The notes under the pieces were generated by a model. That model did not search any database, had not been told where the DNA came from, and was given only the letters and a program-made list of their open reading frames with translations. This document shows positions 1 through 8,798 of a stretch of 52,698 nt of DNA, piece after piece. This DNA comes from Phycisphaerales bacterium (GTDB lineage Bacteria; Planctomycetota; Phycisphaerae; Phycisphaerales; UBA1924), in contig JBILLU010000001.1 in assembly GCA_044375915.1 (NCBI GenBank), positions 1-52,698 on the forward strand. The letters are read 5' to 3'. Each line of letters starts with the position of its first letter. The first letter of the stretch is position 1. Both the position numbers and the translations under genes were made by a program.

Positions 1-35
1 GGGGCCCCCCCCGCGCCCCCCCCCCCCGGCACCCC

Positions 36-71
36 AACAAAACGAAAAACGCCCGGCTCACACCGGGCGTT
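36..71 (-). terminator. Intrinsic terminator after rplT
   Basis: Minus strand reads AACGCCCGG-TGTGAG-CCGGGCGTT (9-bp stem) followed by TTTCGTTTTGTT. It begins 22 nt after the rplT stop codon (94-96). Confidence 0.8.
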
Positions 72-93
72 CGTTCTTCATTCTTTCAATTCT

Positions 94-468
94 TCAGACC
101 TTCGCCGGGATCGGCTTGGCCGACTTCTTGGCGATGTCCACGAGGCGGTCGAAGACCTTGGGGTCGTTCACCGCGATCTCGCTCAGCATCTTGCGGTTGA
201 GCAGGATGCCCGACATCTTCAGGCCGTTGATGAACAGGCTGTAGCGCGTGCCACGCATGCGGCAGGCCGCGGTGATGCGGACGATCCACAGGCCACGCAT
301 GTCGCGCTTGCGGTAGCGACGGTCACGCAGGGCGTAGACGCCGGCGCGGATCACCGCGTTACGGGCGCGATACCAGTGCTTGCTGTTGGTGCCGAAGTAG
401 CCCCGGGCGGACTTGAGCATCCGCTTGCGGGCCTGAGCGCGGGCAGCGCCTTTACGAACGCGTGGCAT
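94..468 (-). CDS. rplT: 50S ribosomal protein L20
   Basis: 124-aa ORF MPRVRKGAARAQARKRMLKSARGYFG...YALRDRRYRKRDMRGLWIVRI. It is collinear with E. coli L20 ([26 protein letters not shown]...YRDRRQRKRQFRQLWIARI). ATG at 466-468, GGAG 9 nt upstream. Confidence 0.95.
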   Translation of the reverse strand: MPRVRKGAARAQARKRMLKSARGYFGTNSKHWYRARNAVIRAGVYALRDRRYRKRDMRGLWIVRITAACRMRGTRYSLFINGLKMSGILLNRKMLSEIAVNDPKVFDRLVDIAKKSAKPIPAKV

Positions 469-547
469 GCGACAATCTCCAACTGGCCCGAACGGAGCGG
501 AGGACCTCGTCGAGGCTCCGGCTTAGTTCCCGGCGGGCGGTGCGAAA

Positions 548-564
548 CCGCGGCCAAGCCGCGG
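548..564 (-). other. Intercistronic hairpin between rpmI and rplT
   Basis: CCGCGGC-TTG-GCCGCGG (7-bp stem) on the minus strand, followed only by TTTC. It sits in the 105-nt rpmI-rplT spacer. Confidence 0.3.
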
Positions 565-573
565 CGAAAAAAC

Positions 574-969
574 TCACTTCGTTGCGGCGGCCTTCTTGCC
601 AGCCGACTTGCCACCAGACTTGCCCGACGACCGGGCCGCAGCCCGGAGGGCATTCTTGGTCTTCGGCGCGGTGCCGGAGGCCTTCGCCGCGGCCTTCTCG
701 GCCTTCATCGCCTTGCGCTGCGCCGGCGAGGGGCTCTTACGGAGCGCCGCGAGCGGCTGCGAGCGGCCGCGGAGGCGGCGGAACAGCAGCTTCTCGATGC
801 GCTTGGCCTCGGGGCTCGACATCATCGGGTCCTTGCGGAGCTGACGAAGGCGCTTGCCGCCCTTGCCCGAGCGAAGGTGCTTGTGATTGGCCGAGCGGTG
901 ACGCACGAGGCCGGACTTGGTGATCCGGATGCGCTTCAGCAGGCCCTTGTGATTCTTCTGTTTACCCAT
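574..969 (-). CDS. rpmI: 50S ribosomal protein L35 with Lys/Ala-rich C-terminal extension
   Basis: ATG 967-969. The first ~60 aa (MGKQKNHKGLLKRIRITKSGLVRHRSANHKHLRSGKGGKRLRQLRK) follow the L35 pattern (E. coli [43 protein letters not shown]). Directly upstream of rplT. The remaining ~69 aa are a K/A/S/G-rich tail. Confidence 0.9.
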   Translation of the reverse strand: MGKQKNHKGLLKRIRITKSGLVRHRSANHKHLRSGKGGKRLRQLRKDPMMSSPEAKRIEKLLFRRLRGRSQPLAALRKSPSPAQRKAMKAEKAAAKASGTAPKTKNALRAAARSSGKSGGKSAGKKAAATK

Positions 970-1093
970 GGTTCAATACTCATTCATGCCCAGGGCGACC
1001 GCCACGGGCAGGGTCAAGATGTTAGGCAGCACACGGACGAAAGTCCTGACGCCACCCAAAACCCGCCCCCGGCCTCGCCAACGTGACGCATTG

Positions 1094-1170
1094 ACGAGCC
1101 CCGAGCGTCAGCGAGTGGGACCGGTGGCTGGCTCGACCCCCGAACCCGCTCGCTCACGCTCGGGGCTCGT
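1094..1170. repeat. Long inverted repeat (26-nt arms, 25-nt loop)
   Basis: 1094-1119 ACGAGCCCCGAGCGTCAGCGAGTGGG pairs with 1145-1170 CCCGCTCGCTCACGCTCGGGGCTCGT (2 mismatches). It lies 14 nt downstream of the GPx stop on the minus strand. No U-tract. Confidence 0.7.
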
Positions 1171-1183
1171 AAGGGTCACTCAT

Positions 1184-1873
1184 TCACGACCCCAACAGCT
1201 CGTCGATCCGCCGGTTCATCGTCGCGTCGTCGGGCTTGACCTTGGGGTCGAACTTCGCGACCACGTTGCCGTCCTTGTCCACCAAATACTTGGTGAAGTT
1301 CCACTGCGGGTCGCCGCCGATCGGCTTGGCCTGGGCCGCGATCTGCTTGTACATCGGATGGGCATCCTCGCCCCGGACCGAGATCTTCGCGAACATCGGG
1401 AAGGTCACGTTGTACTTGCTGCTGCAGAAGCTCTTGATCTCCGCATCGCTCCCCGGCTCCTGCTCGCCGAAGTTATTTGCAGGGAACCCCAGGACCACGA
1501 ACCCCTTCCCCATCTTCTCTTTGTACAGCTTCTCCAGACCCGCGTACTGCGGCGTGTACCCGCACTTGCTCGCCACGTTCACAAACAGAACCACCTTGCC
1601 CTTGTACTGGCTCAGGTCGACGTCCTTGCCGTCGATGTCCTTCAACGTGTAACCCAGCACATATGGGCTCGCCGGTGCGGCGTCCTTTTTCTCCGGAGCC
1701 TTTTCGGGAGTCCCCGCTGGCTGCACCGCAGGCTGATCCGACTTGGGCGCATCCGACTTCGGAGCATCGGGCTTCGGCGCCTCCTGCTTCGGGGCGTCCT
1801 GCTTGGGGGCCTCCGGCTTCGCCGGGTCCGCCATCACCGCCGCGCTCATCATCACCGCGATCAGCAAGTTCAT
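1184..1873 (-). CDS. Exported glutathione peroxidase with Pro/Lys-rich linker
   Basis: Motifs VASKCGYTPQY, FPANNFGEQEPG and WNFTKYLVDKDG mark the GPx family (Cys at the peroxidatic site). Preferred ATG 1871-1873 (MNLLIAVMMSAAVMA signal-like start, AAGGGAG 8 nt upstream). The ORF-track TTG at 1894 is 7 codons longer. Confidence 0.85.
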   Translation of the reverse strand: MNLLIAVMMSAAVMADPAKPEAPKQDAPKQEAPKPDAPKSDAPKSDQPAVQPAGTPEKAPEKKDAAPASPYVLGYTLKDIDGKDVDLSQYKGKVVLFVNVASKCGYTPQYAGLEKLYKEKMGKGFVVLGFPANNFGEQEPGSDAEIKSFCSSKYNVTFPMFAKISVRGEDAHPMYKQIAAQAKPIGGDPQWNFTKYLVDKDGNVVAKFDPKVKPDDATMNRRIDELLGS

Positions 1874-2007
1874 CGTCGTGCTCCCTTGTTGCAAGGTCTT
1901 TACTGCAGCGTCGCGATCATCGTGACGCCTCGCATGGTTCCGTCGAATCTGTCAGCCACCCCGACTCGATATCGTATGAACGCTCGGCCCCACCCCCTCG
2001 CACGAAC

Positions 2008-2784
2008 ATGCACACCCTCACCCGCACAGTTCGTTTCGCAGTCGGCTCTACCTCAGATGCCCGCGGCGTGAACGGCTTCGCAGGCAACCCCCGCGTCACC
2101 GGCCTTGATCGCCACTACGAACTCCAAGTCTCCTGCCGCGGCGACGTTGATCCAGTCACCGGCTACCTCATCGACATCAAAACCATCGACCGCGCCGTCC
2201 GCGACCGTGTCGTCCCGTTGTTCAACCTCGCGATCGCGGCGAACACCTCTCCAGCCGCGGTCCTGACGCAGACGATCGACGCGCTCCGAACACTCCCCGC
2301 ACCCCTGCTCGCCGTCCGACTTTTCCTCACCCCGTACCATTCCATCGAAATGGCCGCCATGGACCCAACCACCGTCCTGCTCCGCCAACGCTTCGATTTC
2401 TCCGCGGCACACCGCCTCCACTCGCCGTCGCTCAGCGATGACGAGAACCGCCGTCTCTACGGCAAGTGCAACAACCCCCGCGGCCACGGCCACAACTACG
2501 TCGTCGAGCCCGCCGTCCGTTGCAAGCCCGACACGCTCTCCCTCGCCGATCTCGAAGCCATCACCGACCGCGTCATCATCCAGACCTTCGACCACAAACA
2601 CCTCAACGAAGACACCGACGAGTTCAACGTCGCCAATGGCGGCTTGCTCCCCTCCGTCGAGAACATCGCCCAGGTCTTCTTCTCCCGCCTCGCCCCCGCC
2701 CTCGCCCAACACCCAAGCAAGCCCACACTCGAACGCATCACCGTCTGGGAAACCGACCGCACCTGCGCGACGTATCCGAGCTGA
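2008..2784 (+). CDS. 6-pyruvoyl-tetrahydropterin synthase family protein (PTPS/QueD-like), tandem T-fold
   Basis: ATG 2008-2010, in frame with ORF 1477..2784. The C-terminal half FDFSAAHRLHSPSLSDDENRRLYGKCNNPRGHGHNY...FDHKHLNED closely parallels animal PTPS (FSASHRLYS..LSDEEN..GKCNNPNGHGHNY). The N-terminal half is a second PTPS-like module without the His motif. Confidence 0.8.
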   Translation: MHTLTRTVRFAVGSTSDARGVNGFAGNPRVTGLDRHYELQVSCRGDVDPVTGYLIDIKTIDRAVRDRVVPLFNLAIAANTSPAAVLTQTIDALRTLPAPLLAVRLFLTPYHSIEMAAMDPTTVLLRQRFDFSAAHRLHSPSLSDDENRRLYGKCNNPRGHGHNYVVEPAVRCKPDTLSLADLEAITDRVIIQTFDHKHLNEDTDEFNVANGGLLPSVENIAQVFFSRLAPALAQHPSKPTLERITVWETDRTCATYPS

Positions 2785-2815
2785 TCGCGCCCGGACAGCA
2801 CAGTGCAGCAGTCTT

Positions 2816-2854
2816 CCCTGCCCCACTGCTCCCCTGCCCCACTGCTCCACTTCC
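2816..2854 (+). repeat. C-rich leader element, copy 1
   Basis: CCCTGCCCCACTG-CTCCCCTG-CCCCACTGCTCCACTTCC, ending 7 nt before the GT9 ATG. It shares an exact 13-mer and an exact 18-mer with 14444-14474. Confidence 0.85.
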
Positions 2855-2861
2855 GCGCTCG

Positions 2862-3959
2862 ATGCCTTCCCCCACCCGCATTCTCATCATCCGCCCCAGC
2901 GCCCTCGGCGACGTCTGCCGCACCGTCCCCGCGCTCGCCAGCCTTCGCGCCGTGCACCCGAGCGCCCAGATCGACTGGCTCGTACAGGACTCCTTCGCCC
3001 CCGCGATCCGCCATCACCCCGCGCTTTCCCACGTCGTCGAATTCCCCCGCAAGTCCCTCGGCGTCGCCCTCAAGCAGCTCAACCTCGCGCCGCTGCGTGC
3101 GTTCCTGAAATCACTCCACGACGCCAACTACGACGTCGTCTACGACCTGCAAGGCCTCTTCCGCAGCGGCTTCTTCGCCTGGTCCACCAAGGCCCCGCGC
3201 CGTATCGGCCTCGCCAACGCCCGCGAAGCCGGCTGGCTCTTTCTCACCGAGCGCCACCGCGTCTCGCCCGAGGTCCACAGCGTCGACCGCATGCTCGAGG
3301 TCATCGGCAAGAGCGGCGTCGCCCTCGTCCACGACATGCGCCTCTACGCCTCGCCCGACGCACGCCAACGCGCCGCCGCCGACGCCACGCTCGCCAACAG
3401 CCGCTACGCCATCCTCGCGCCCACCAGCCGCTGGGTCGGCAAGCGCTGGCCCCTCGAACGCTTCGCCAAGGTCGCCACCGAACTCCTCGCCCGCGGCTAC
3501 GAGCACGTCGTCATCGTCGGTGCCCCCAACGAACGCGACCAATGCGGCCCGCTCCTCGAACTCGCCTCCACAAACCCACGCGTCATCGACCGCATCGGCA
3601 TGACCGGCATCGACGACCTGCTCGCCCTCGTCGAACGCTCTTCGCTCGTCATCGCCAACGACTCCGCTGTGCTGCACATGGCCGTCGGGTACGACAAGCC
3701 CCTCATCGCCCTCTACGGCCCGACCTCCATCGCCCGCGTCGGCCCCTTCCGCCGCGCCGCCGATGTCCTCCAGAAAGTCGACCCGGGCGAACCCCTCGAC
3801 CACAAGAACGACGACCTGGGGCGTCGGCTGATGGCACGCATCCAAGTGCAGGATGTCCTTCAACGCGTCGACGCGATGGGATCGGGTAACAGCACGCCTT
3901 CACGCGACGAGCGCTCGCAAACGCCGAAGCTGACGAATCCGCGCGGACGCCTTGGCTGA
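2862..3959 (+). CDS. Glycosyltransferase family 9 (heptosyltransferase-like)
   Basis: MPSPTRILIIRPSALGDVCRTVPALASLRAVHPSAQIDWLV is the typical GT9 N-terminus. The C-terminal IANDSAVLHMAVG...LYGPT motif is also present. ATG 2862-2864, in frame with ORF 2466..3959. Confidence 0.8.
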   Translation: MPSPTRILIIRPSALGDVCRTVPALASLRAVHPSAQIDWLVQDSFAPAIRHHPALSHVVEFPRKSLGVALKQLNLAPLRAFLKSLHDANYDVVYDLQGLFRSGFFAWSTKAPRRIGLANAREAGWLFLTERHRVSPEVHSVDRMLEVIGKSGVALVHDMRLYASPDARQRAAADATLANSRYAILAPTSRWVGKRWPLERFAKVATELLARGYEHVVIVGAPNERDQCGPLLELASTNPRVIDRIGMTGIDDLLALVERSSLVIANDSAVLHMAVGYDKPLIALYGPTSIARVGPFRRAADVLQKVDPGEPLDHKNDDLGRRLMARIQVQDVLQRVDAMGSGNSTPSRDERSQTPKLTNPRGRLG

Positions 3960-4091
3960 ACTCCAGCATTGCCGAGCAAGGCCTTTTGTCCGTCTACCTT
4001 GCGTCGTCCCAAGCTCCTCCATAATTGCGACCGCAACCAGCGCCATCACGCCCCAGAATGTCGCGGTTGCAAGCGCCCTTTTTGGTCCGGT

Positions 4092-4120
4092 TTGATGTTT
4101 GGGCGGGGGTTCCCTAGACT
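4092..4120 (+). promoter_or_regulatory. Candidate sigma70-type promoter in nusA upstream region
   Basis: TTGATG (4092-4097), 17-nt spacer, TAGACT (4115-4120), in a locally AT-richer stretch. Confidence 0.35.
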
Positions 4121-4350
4121 CTCCTGCTTGTGATCGTCTCCCGAACGGCGGGCGGCGTCATCGGCATTGGGCTGGGCTCGGGAACGCTACGTCATGCTGA
4201 CGGCTGGCCATCATGCTCGGTAACTGCCCCATCCCCGGGGCCGCGGTGAACCCGCGGCCACAGGCTTGGGCGGCCCGGCCGCCGGTCGGCTCGTGCGAGG
4301 GAGACCTCTGCATGAGTTGACGCCGTCGGCATCGCCGTCGTCGCGTTCCC

Positions 4351-4400
4351 GGGCCGCAGCAGGGCACCTTCCGCCCCGCATCGGCCCGATTTGTTTTTGT
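4351..4400 (+). terminator. Intrinsic-terminator-like hairpin plus U-tract in nusA leader
   Basis: Outer stem GGGCCG/CGGCCC and inner stem GCAGGGC/GCCCCGC around loop ACCTTCC (~13-14 bp total, 4351-4387). GATTTGTTTTTGT (4388-4400) follows, 75 nt before the nusA ATG. Confidence 0.6.
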
Positions 4401-4475
4401 CCGGCTCACTCGTTCACGACAGGTTCGACAACTCGACAACCTGACAACCCGCGTCTCACTCGAAGGAATCACGTC

Positions 4476-5828
4476 ATGGCTCAGATGAACACCGCTGAAA
4501 TGCTCCGCATCCTCGACTCGATCGCCCGCGACCGCAACATCGATCGCTCGATCCTCATCCGCGACCTCGAGCTCGCCATGGTCTCGGCCGCCAAGAAGCA
4601 CTTCAACACCCTCGACGCCGAAGAGTTCGCCTGCACCCTCGATCCGGTCACCGGCTCGATCAACATGACGCGGCACGGCGCCCCGCTCGATATGCCCCCC
4701 GCCGCCTTCGGCCGCATCGCCGCCCAGACCTTCAAGCAGGTCATGATCCAGAAGTTCCGCGACGACGAGCGCAGCAGCATCTTCGAGGAATTCACCAAGC
4801 GCGTCGGCGAGATCGCCGTCGGCACCGCCCAGCGTTACGAGGGCGGCAGCCTTGTCGTCACCGTCGATCGGGCTGAAGCCTTCATGCCCCGCTCCGAGCA
4901 GATCCCCGGCGAGCAGTTCAACGCCGGCGACCGCGTGCGCTGCCTGATCCTCGACGTGCGTGATGTCGGCAACCAGATCAAGATCGTCCTCAGCCGCAGC
5001 CACCCGGACTTCATCAAGCGGCTCTTCGAGGTCGAAGTCCCCGAAGTCGCCGAACGCATCATCGAGATCAAGGCGATGGCCCGCGAGGCGGGATATCGCA
5101 CCAAGCTCGCCGTCAGCAGCATGGACAACAAGGTCGATGCCGTCGGCGCCTGCGTGGGTGTGAAGGGCTCACGCATCAAGAACATCGTCGACGAGCTCAA
5201 CGGCGAGAAGATCGACATCGTCCGCTGGAACGAGTCGAGCCAAGTGCTCATCCAGAACTCGCTCAAGCCCGCCGAGGTGGCCGAGATCAGCCTCTGCTTC
5301 GAACTCGGCCGCGCCACCGTCGTGGTGCGTGACGATCAGCTCTCGCTCGCCATCGGCAAGCGCGGCCAGAACGTCCGCCTCGCCGCCCGCCTCACCGGCT
5401 GGGACATCGACATCTTGACCCCAGAGGAATTCACCAAGGGCGTCGAGACCATGTACCAGACCGTCCAGGAGATCGAGGGCATTACCGAGCAGATGGCCGA
5501 CAAGCTCGCCGCCCTCGGCATGGTCAGCGTCTTCGACATCGAGGAAGTCGGTGCCGAGGTCCTCGTCACCGAGCTCGAGATCGACGAGGCCAAAGCTAAT
5601 CACATCGTCGAGACCTGCGCCTCCAAGGCCAAGGTCGTCGCCGAGCAGCAGCAAAAGGACAAGGAAGAAAAGGAACGCAAGGCCCGCGAGGAAGCCGCGG
5701 CCGCCGCCAAGCTGCTCGCCGAGGGCGGCACCGCCGCCTCCGGAGAGTCCGCCGCCGACGCCATCCTCGGCGCCGGACCGGCCACGACCAGCGGCGACGC
5801 CCGTGCGGCCGACATCCTCGGGTCCTGA
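4476..5828 (+). CDS. nusA: Transcription termination/antitermination factor NusA
   Basis: MAQMNTAEMLRILDSIARDRNIDRSILIRDLE..., an S1 domain and KH domains (GACVGVKGSRIKNIVDELNGEKIDIV, LAIGKRGQNVRLAARLTGWDIDI). ATG 4476 with AAGGAA upstream. Followed by infB. Confidence 0.95.
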   Translation: MAQMNTAEMLRILDSIARDRNIDRSILIRDLELAMVSAAKKHFNTLDAEEFACTLDPVTGSINMTRHGAPLDMPPAAFGRIAAQTFKQVMIQKFRDDERSSIFEEFTKRVGEIAVGTAQRYEGGSLVVTVDRAEAFMPRSEQIPGEQFNAGDRVRCLILDVRDVGNQIKIVLSRSHPDFIKRLFEVEVPEVAERIIEIKAMAREAGYRTKLAVSSMDNKVDAVGACVGVKGSRIKNIVDELNGEKIDIVRWNESSQVLIQNSLKPAEVAEISLCFELGRATVVVRDDQLSLAIGKRGQNVRLAARLTGWDIDILTPEEFTKGVETMYQTVQEIEGITEQMADKLAALGMVSVFDIEEVGAEVLVTELEIDEAKANHIVETCASKAKVVAEQQQKDKEEKERKAREEAAAAAKLLAEGGTAASGESAADAILGAGPATTSGDARAADILGS

Positions 5829-5909
5829 TCGCGTCACCAACCGTTCACCGTTTCATTGCTTTGTGCGTCGCAACTGTTCGGGTTTCAAGGTTCATTCGCG
5901 GAGCGAAGA

Positions 5910-8798
5910 TTGGCCAAGGTCAAGCGTCTACATGAGATCGCCAAGGAGATCGGCATCGACTCCAAGGTCATCGTCGCCAAGTGCCACGCCGAGGGCATTC
6001 CCGAAGCGACGGTGAAGAACCACATGTCCCCGATCAGCGCCGGCCTCGAAGCGACGATCAAGGAGTGGTTCAGCGATCACGCCGCGTCCTCGAGCACCGC
6101 CATCGAGACCGCGGAGAAGATCGATATCACCACGGTCAAAAAGGCCGCGCCACGCAAGCGCTCCAGCAAGGCCAAGGGTGACGAGACCGACACCATCGTC
6201 GCATTGCCGGCATCGCCTGACACCGCGCCCGAATCGCCCGCCGCTCCGGCACCGAGCGATCCGCTTCCGCCCAAGAAGATCGCGCCCGCTGTCCCCGCTC
6301 CGACCGCGTTCGAGCCGTCCACCCTCGCGCCCGAGCCGGTGCGCCTCGCCCCACCCGCTGCGCCGACTCCCGCGCCGCACCACACTCCCAGCTACGTCCC
6401 GACCCCCATCGCGCCTGCTGCCAGCGCGCCCGCTCCGACCAAGATCGAGCCGCCGAAGGCCCCGGAGCATCCCAAGCTTCCGCCGCAAGACGCTGGCGGC
6501 GACACCGCCAACAAGCCCGCGGCGACACCCCCGCCCCCGCCGCGGCATCTGTCGCCCACCCGCGTCACGCCCGCGCCGGTCAACGTTCCGACCCGCCCGA
6601 CGATTGTCTCTCCCGCTGGCCCCAAACTTGAGATCAAGACCCCGGTCAAGCTCTCCGGCCCCAAGGTCGTTCGCGTCGAAGCTCCCGACATCATCGACGC
6701 GCCACGCCCGCGCCGCACCGGCCCGGGCGGCCCCGGCGGTCCCGGCGGCGGCCCCCGCGGCCCCGGTGGCGAACGCGAGGACGACAGCGCTCGCAACGCC
6801 CGCCGAAAGACCGCGCCCGGCACCAAACGCTCCAGCGGCACCGGCGTTCCCGATCGCCGCCGCGCGTCCTCCGGCCAGGAATGGGTCGGCGGCACCAACT
6901 TCTCCGAGCAGGACATCATCGAGCGCGAGGCACGTCTCGCCCGCTCCGGTGGCTTCCTCAAGAAGCGCCGCCAGGATCTCAAACGCACCGAGCACGCCAA
7001 CGACGAGGACTTCCAGCAGGACGGCAAGGTCAAGATCGCCGCGCCCTTCACCATCAAGGACCTCTCCGAGGCCACCGGCGTCAAGGGCGCCGAGATCGTG
7101 AAGAAGCTCTTCCTCGAAGGCGTGATGGCCACCATCAACTCCGGCATTGATCCCGCCAAAGCTCAGGAGATCATGATCGACTTCGACATCGATCTCGAAG
7201 TCACAGAAGCCCGCACCGCCGAAGAGGCCGTCAGCGACGAGTTCGAGGACCGTCAGGCCGTCGATCTCCGTCCTCGCGGCCCCGTCGTCACCATCCTCGG
7301 CCACGTCGACCATGGCAAGACCAGCCTCCTCGACAAGATCCGCAACGCCAACGTCGCCGCGGGTGAGGCCGGCGGCATCACCCAGCGCACCAGCGCCTTC
7401 CGCGTACCTCTCGAAGTCGCCGGCGAAAAGAAGGAAGTCGTCTTCCTCGACACCCCCGGCCACGAAGCCTTCACCAGCATGCGCTCCCGCGGCGCCACGA
7501 TGACCGACGTCGTCGTGCTCGTCGTCTCCGCGCCCGAAGGTGTGATGCCTCAGACCATCGAGTCCATTAACCACGCCAAGGCCGCAAAGGTCCCGATCGT
7601 CGTCGCGCTCAACAAGATCGATCGCCCCGACGCCACCGAAGCCCAGGTCCAGAAGGTCCTCGGCCGCCTCGCCGAGAACGATCTCAACCCCGTGGACTGG
7701 GGTGGCACCGTCGAAGTCGTCAAGACCTCCGCCACCACCGGCGTGGGCATCAAGGAACTTCTCGAGACCCTCGACTACCAGGCCCAGCTCCTCGAGCTCA
7801 AGGCCGACTTCGGTGGCCCCGCACGCGGCACAGTCATCGAGGCCCGCACCGAGGAAGGCCGAGGCGCGGTCGCAAACATCCTCGTCCAGCAGGGCAAGCT
7901 CAAGGTCGGTGACTACATCGTCGCCGGCCGCGGGTTCGGCCGTGTCCGAGACATCACCGACGACCGAGGCCAACGCATCCGCGAGTCCACCCCGCCCATG
8001 CCGGTCCAGATCTCCGGTATCGACGAAGTTCCCAACGCCGGCGACAAGTTCTACGTCGTCGACTCGCTCAAGAAGGCCATGGAAGCGGCGGAGCAGCGCC
8101 GCCATCGCGAACGCGAGACCGAACTGGCCCAACCCAAGGTCACGCTCGACTCGATGTTCGCCCAGATGGCCGACGCCGAGGTCAAGGAAATCCGCGTCAT
8201 CATCAAGGCCGCCGAGCAGGGCACGCTCGACGTCCTCAAGAATCAGTGCGAGAAGGTCGGCACCGCCGAGGTCAAGGTCCGCGTGCTCGAGGCCGCGATC
8301 GGCGGCATCACCGAGAGCAACGTCCTGCTCGCCAGCGCCTCCCGCGCCATCATCATCGGGTTCAACGTCATCCCCTCCGGCAAGGCACGCAGCCTCGCCG
8401 AGCAGAAGGGCGTCGAGATCCGTCCCTACCAGGTCATCTACGACATCGTCGACGATCTCAAGAAGGCCGCCGAGGGCATGCTCGCCCCCGAGCTCCGCCA
8501 GGAGGTCCTGGGCCACGCCGAAGTCCGCCAGGTCTTCAAGGTCACCAAGGTCGGCGCCATCGCCGGCTGCTACATCACCGACGGCACCGTCCAGCGCGAC
8601 GCTCTCATCCGCGTCACCCGCAACGGCGTCGTGGTTGAGAACGACCGCAAGCTCGAGCAGCTCAAACGCTTCAAGGACGACGCCAAGGACGTCCGCGCCG
8701 GCATGGAGTGCGGCATGAAGATCGTCGGCTACGACGACATCAAGGAAGGCGACATCCTCGAGTGCTACAAGAACGTGGAGGTCAAGAGGACGCTCTAA
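5910..8798 (+). CDS. infB: Translation initiation factor IF-2
   Basis: GTPase core [24 protein letters not shown]. Conserved N-terminus [17 protein letters not shown]. Long Pro/Ala-rich linker. Preferred start TTG 5910-5912 (GGAG 7 nt upstream). The ORF-track start TTG 5856 is also possible. Confidence 0.93.
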   Translation: MAKVKRLHEIAKEIGIDSKVIVAKCHAEGIPEATVKNHMSPISAGLEATIKEWFSDHAASSSTAIETAEKIDITTVKKAAPRKRSSKAKGDETDTIVALPASPDTAPESPAAPAPSDPLPPKKIAPAVPAPTAFEPSTLAPEPVRLAPPAAPTPAPHHTPSYVPTPIAPAASAPAPTKIEPPKAPEHPKLPPQDAGGDTANKPAATPPPPPRHLSPTRVTPAPVNVPTRPTIVSPAGPKLEIKTPVKLSGPKVVRVEAPDIIDAPRPRRTGPGGPGGPGGGPRGPGGEREDDSARNARRKTAPGTKRSSGTGVPDRRRASSGQEWVGGTNFSEQDIIEREARLARSGGFLKKRRQDLKRTEHANDEDFQQDGKVKIAAPFTIKDLSEATGVKGAEIVKKLFLEGVMATINSGIDPAKAQEIMIDFDIDLEVTEARTAEEAVSDEFEDRQAVDLRPRGPVVTILGHVDHGKTSLLDKIRNANVAAGEAGGITQRTSAFRVPLEVAGEKKEVVFLDTPGHEAFTSMRSRGATMTDVVVLVVSAPEGVMPQTIESINHAKAAKVPIVVALNKIDRPDATEAQVQKVLGRLAENDLNPVDWGGTVEVVKTSATTGVGIKELLETLDYQAQLLELKADFGGPARGTVIEARTEEGRGAVANILVQQGKLKVGDYIVAGRGFGRVRDITDDRGQRIRESTPPMPVQISGIDEVPNAGDKFYVVDSLKKAMEAAEQRRHRERETELAQPKVTLDSMFAQMADAEVKEIRVIIKAAEQGTLDVLKNQCEKVGTAEVKVRVLEAAIGGITESNVLLASASRAIIIGFNVIPSGKARSLAEQKGVEIRPYQVIYDIVDDLKKAAEGMLAPELRQEVLGHAEVRQVFKVTKVGAIAGCYITDGTVQRDALIRVTRNGVVVENDRKLEQLKRFKDDAKDVRAGMECGMKIVGYDDIKEGDILECYKNVEVKRTL

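Noticed and set aside
1-33. Homopolymer-rich G/C tract (GGGGCCCCCCCCGCGCCCCCCCCCCCGGCACCCC) at the very start of the window
   Set aside because: It lies at the sequence edge, has no partner structure and is not part of any ORF. It is most simply a contig-end or assembly artefact, and I cannot assess it without the flanking sequence.
1184-1873. Possible selenocysteine in the glutathione peroxidase
   Set aside because: The peroxidatic position is an ordinary Cys codon (VASKCGY), and there is no in-frame TGA.
1477-2007. Long upstream extensions of real genes in the ORF track (1477-2007, 2466-2861, 4266-4475, 10382-10714, 30603-30830, 30743-31024, 33435-34139, 35329-36300, 41011-41916, 42482-43360)
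   Set aside because: The track reports the most upstream ATG/GTG/TTG. These extensions overlap neighbouring genes or repeats and lack family similarity. The conserved N-termini begin at the downstream starts I used.
4418-4435. tRNA T-arm-like string AGGTTCGACAACTCGAC in the nusA leader
   Set aside because: There is no acceptor stem, anticodon arm or GTTCGAATC-type T-loop context around it. No tRNA can be folded by eye.
5928-8516. 862-aa ORF antisense to infB
   Set aside because: Gly/Ala/Asp/Val/Leu-rich with no recognisable motifs, which is typical stop-free antisense reading in high-GC DNA. The sense strand encodes an unmistakable IF-2.
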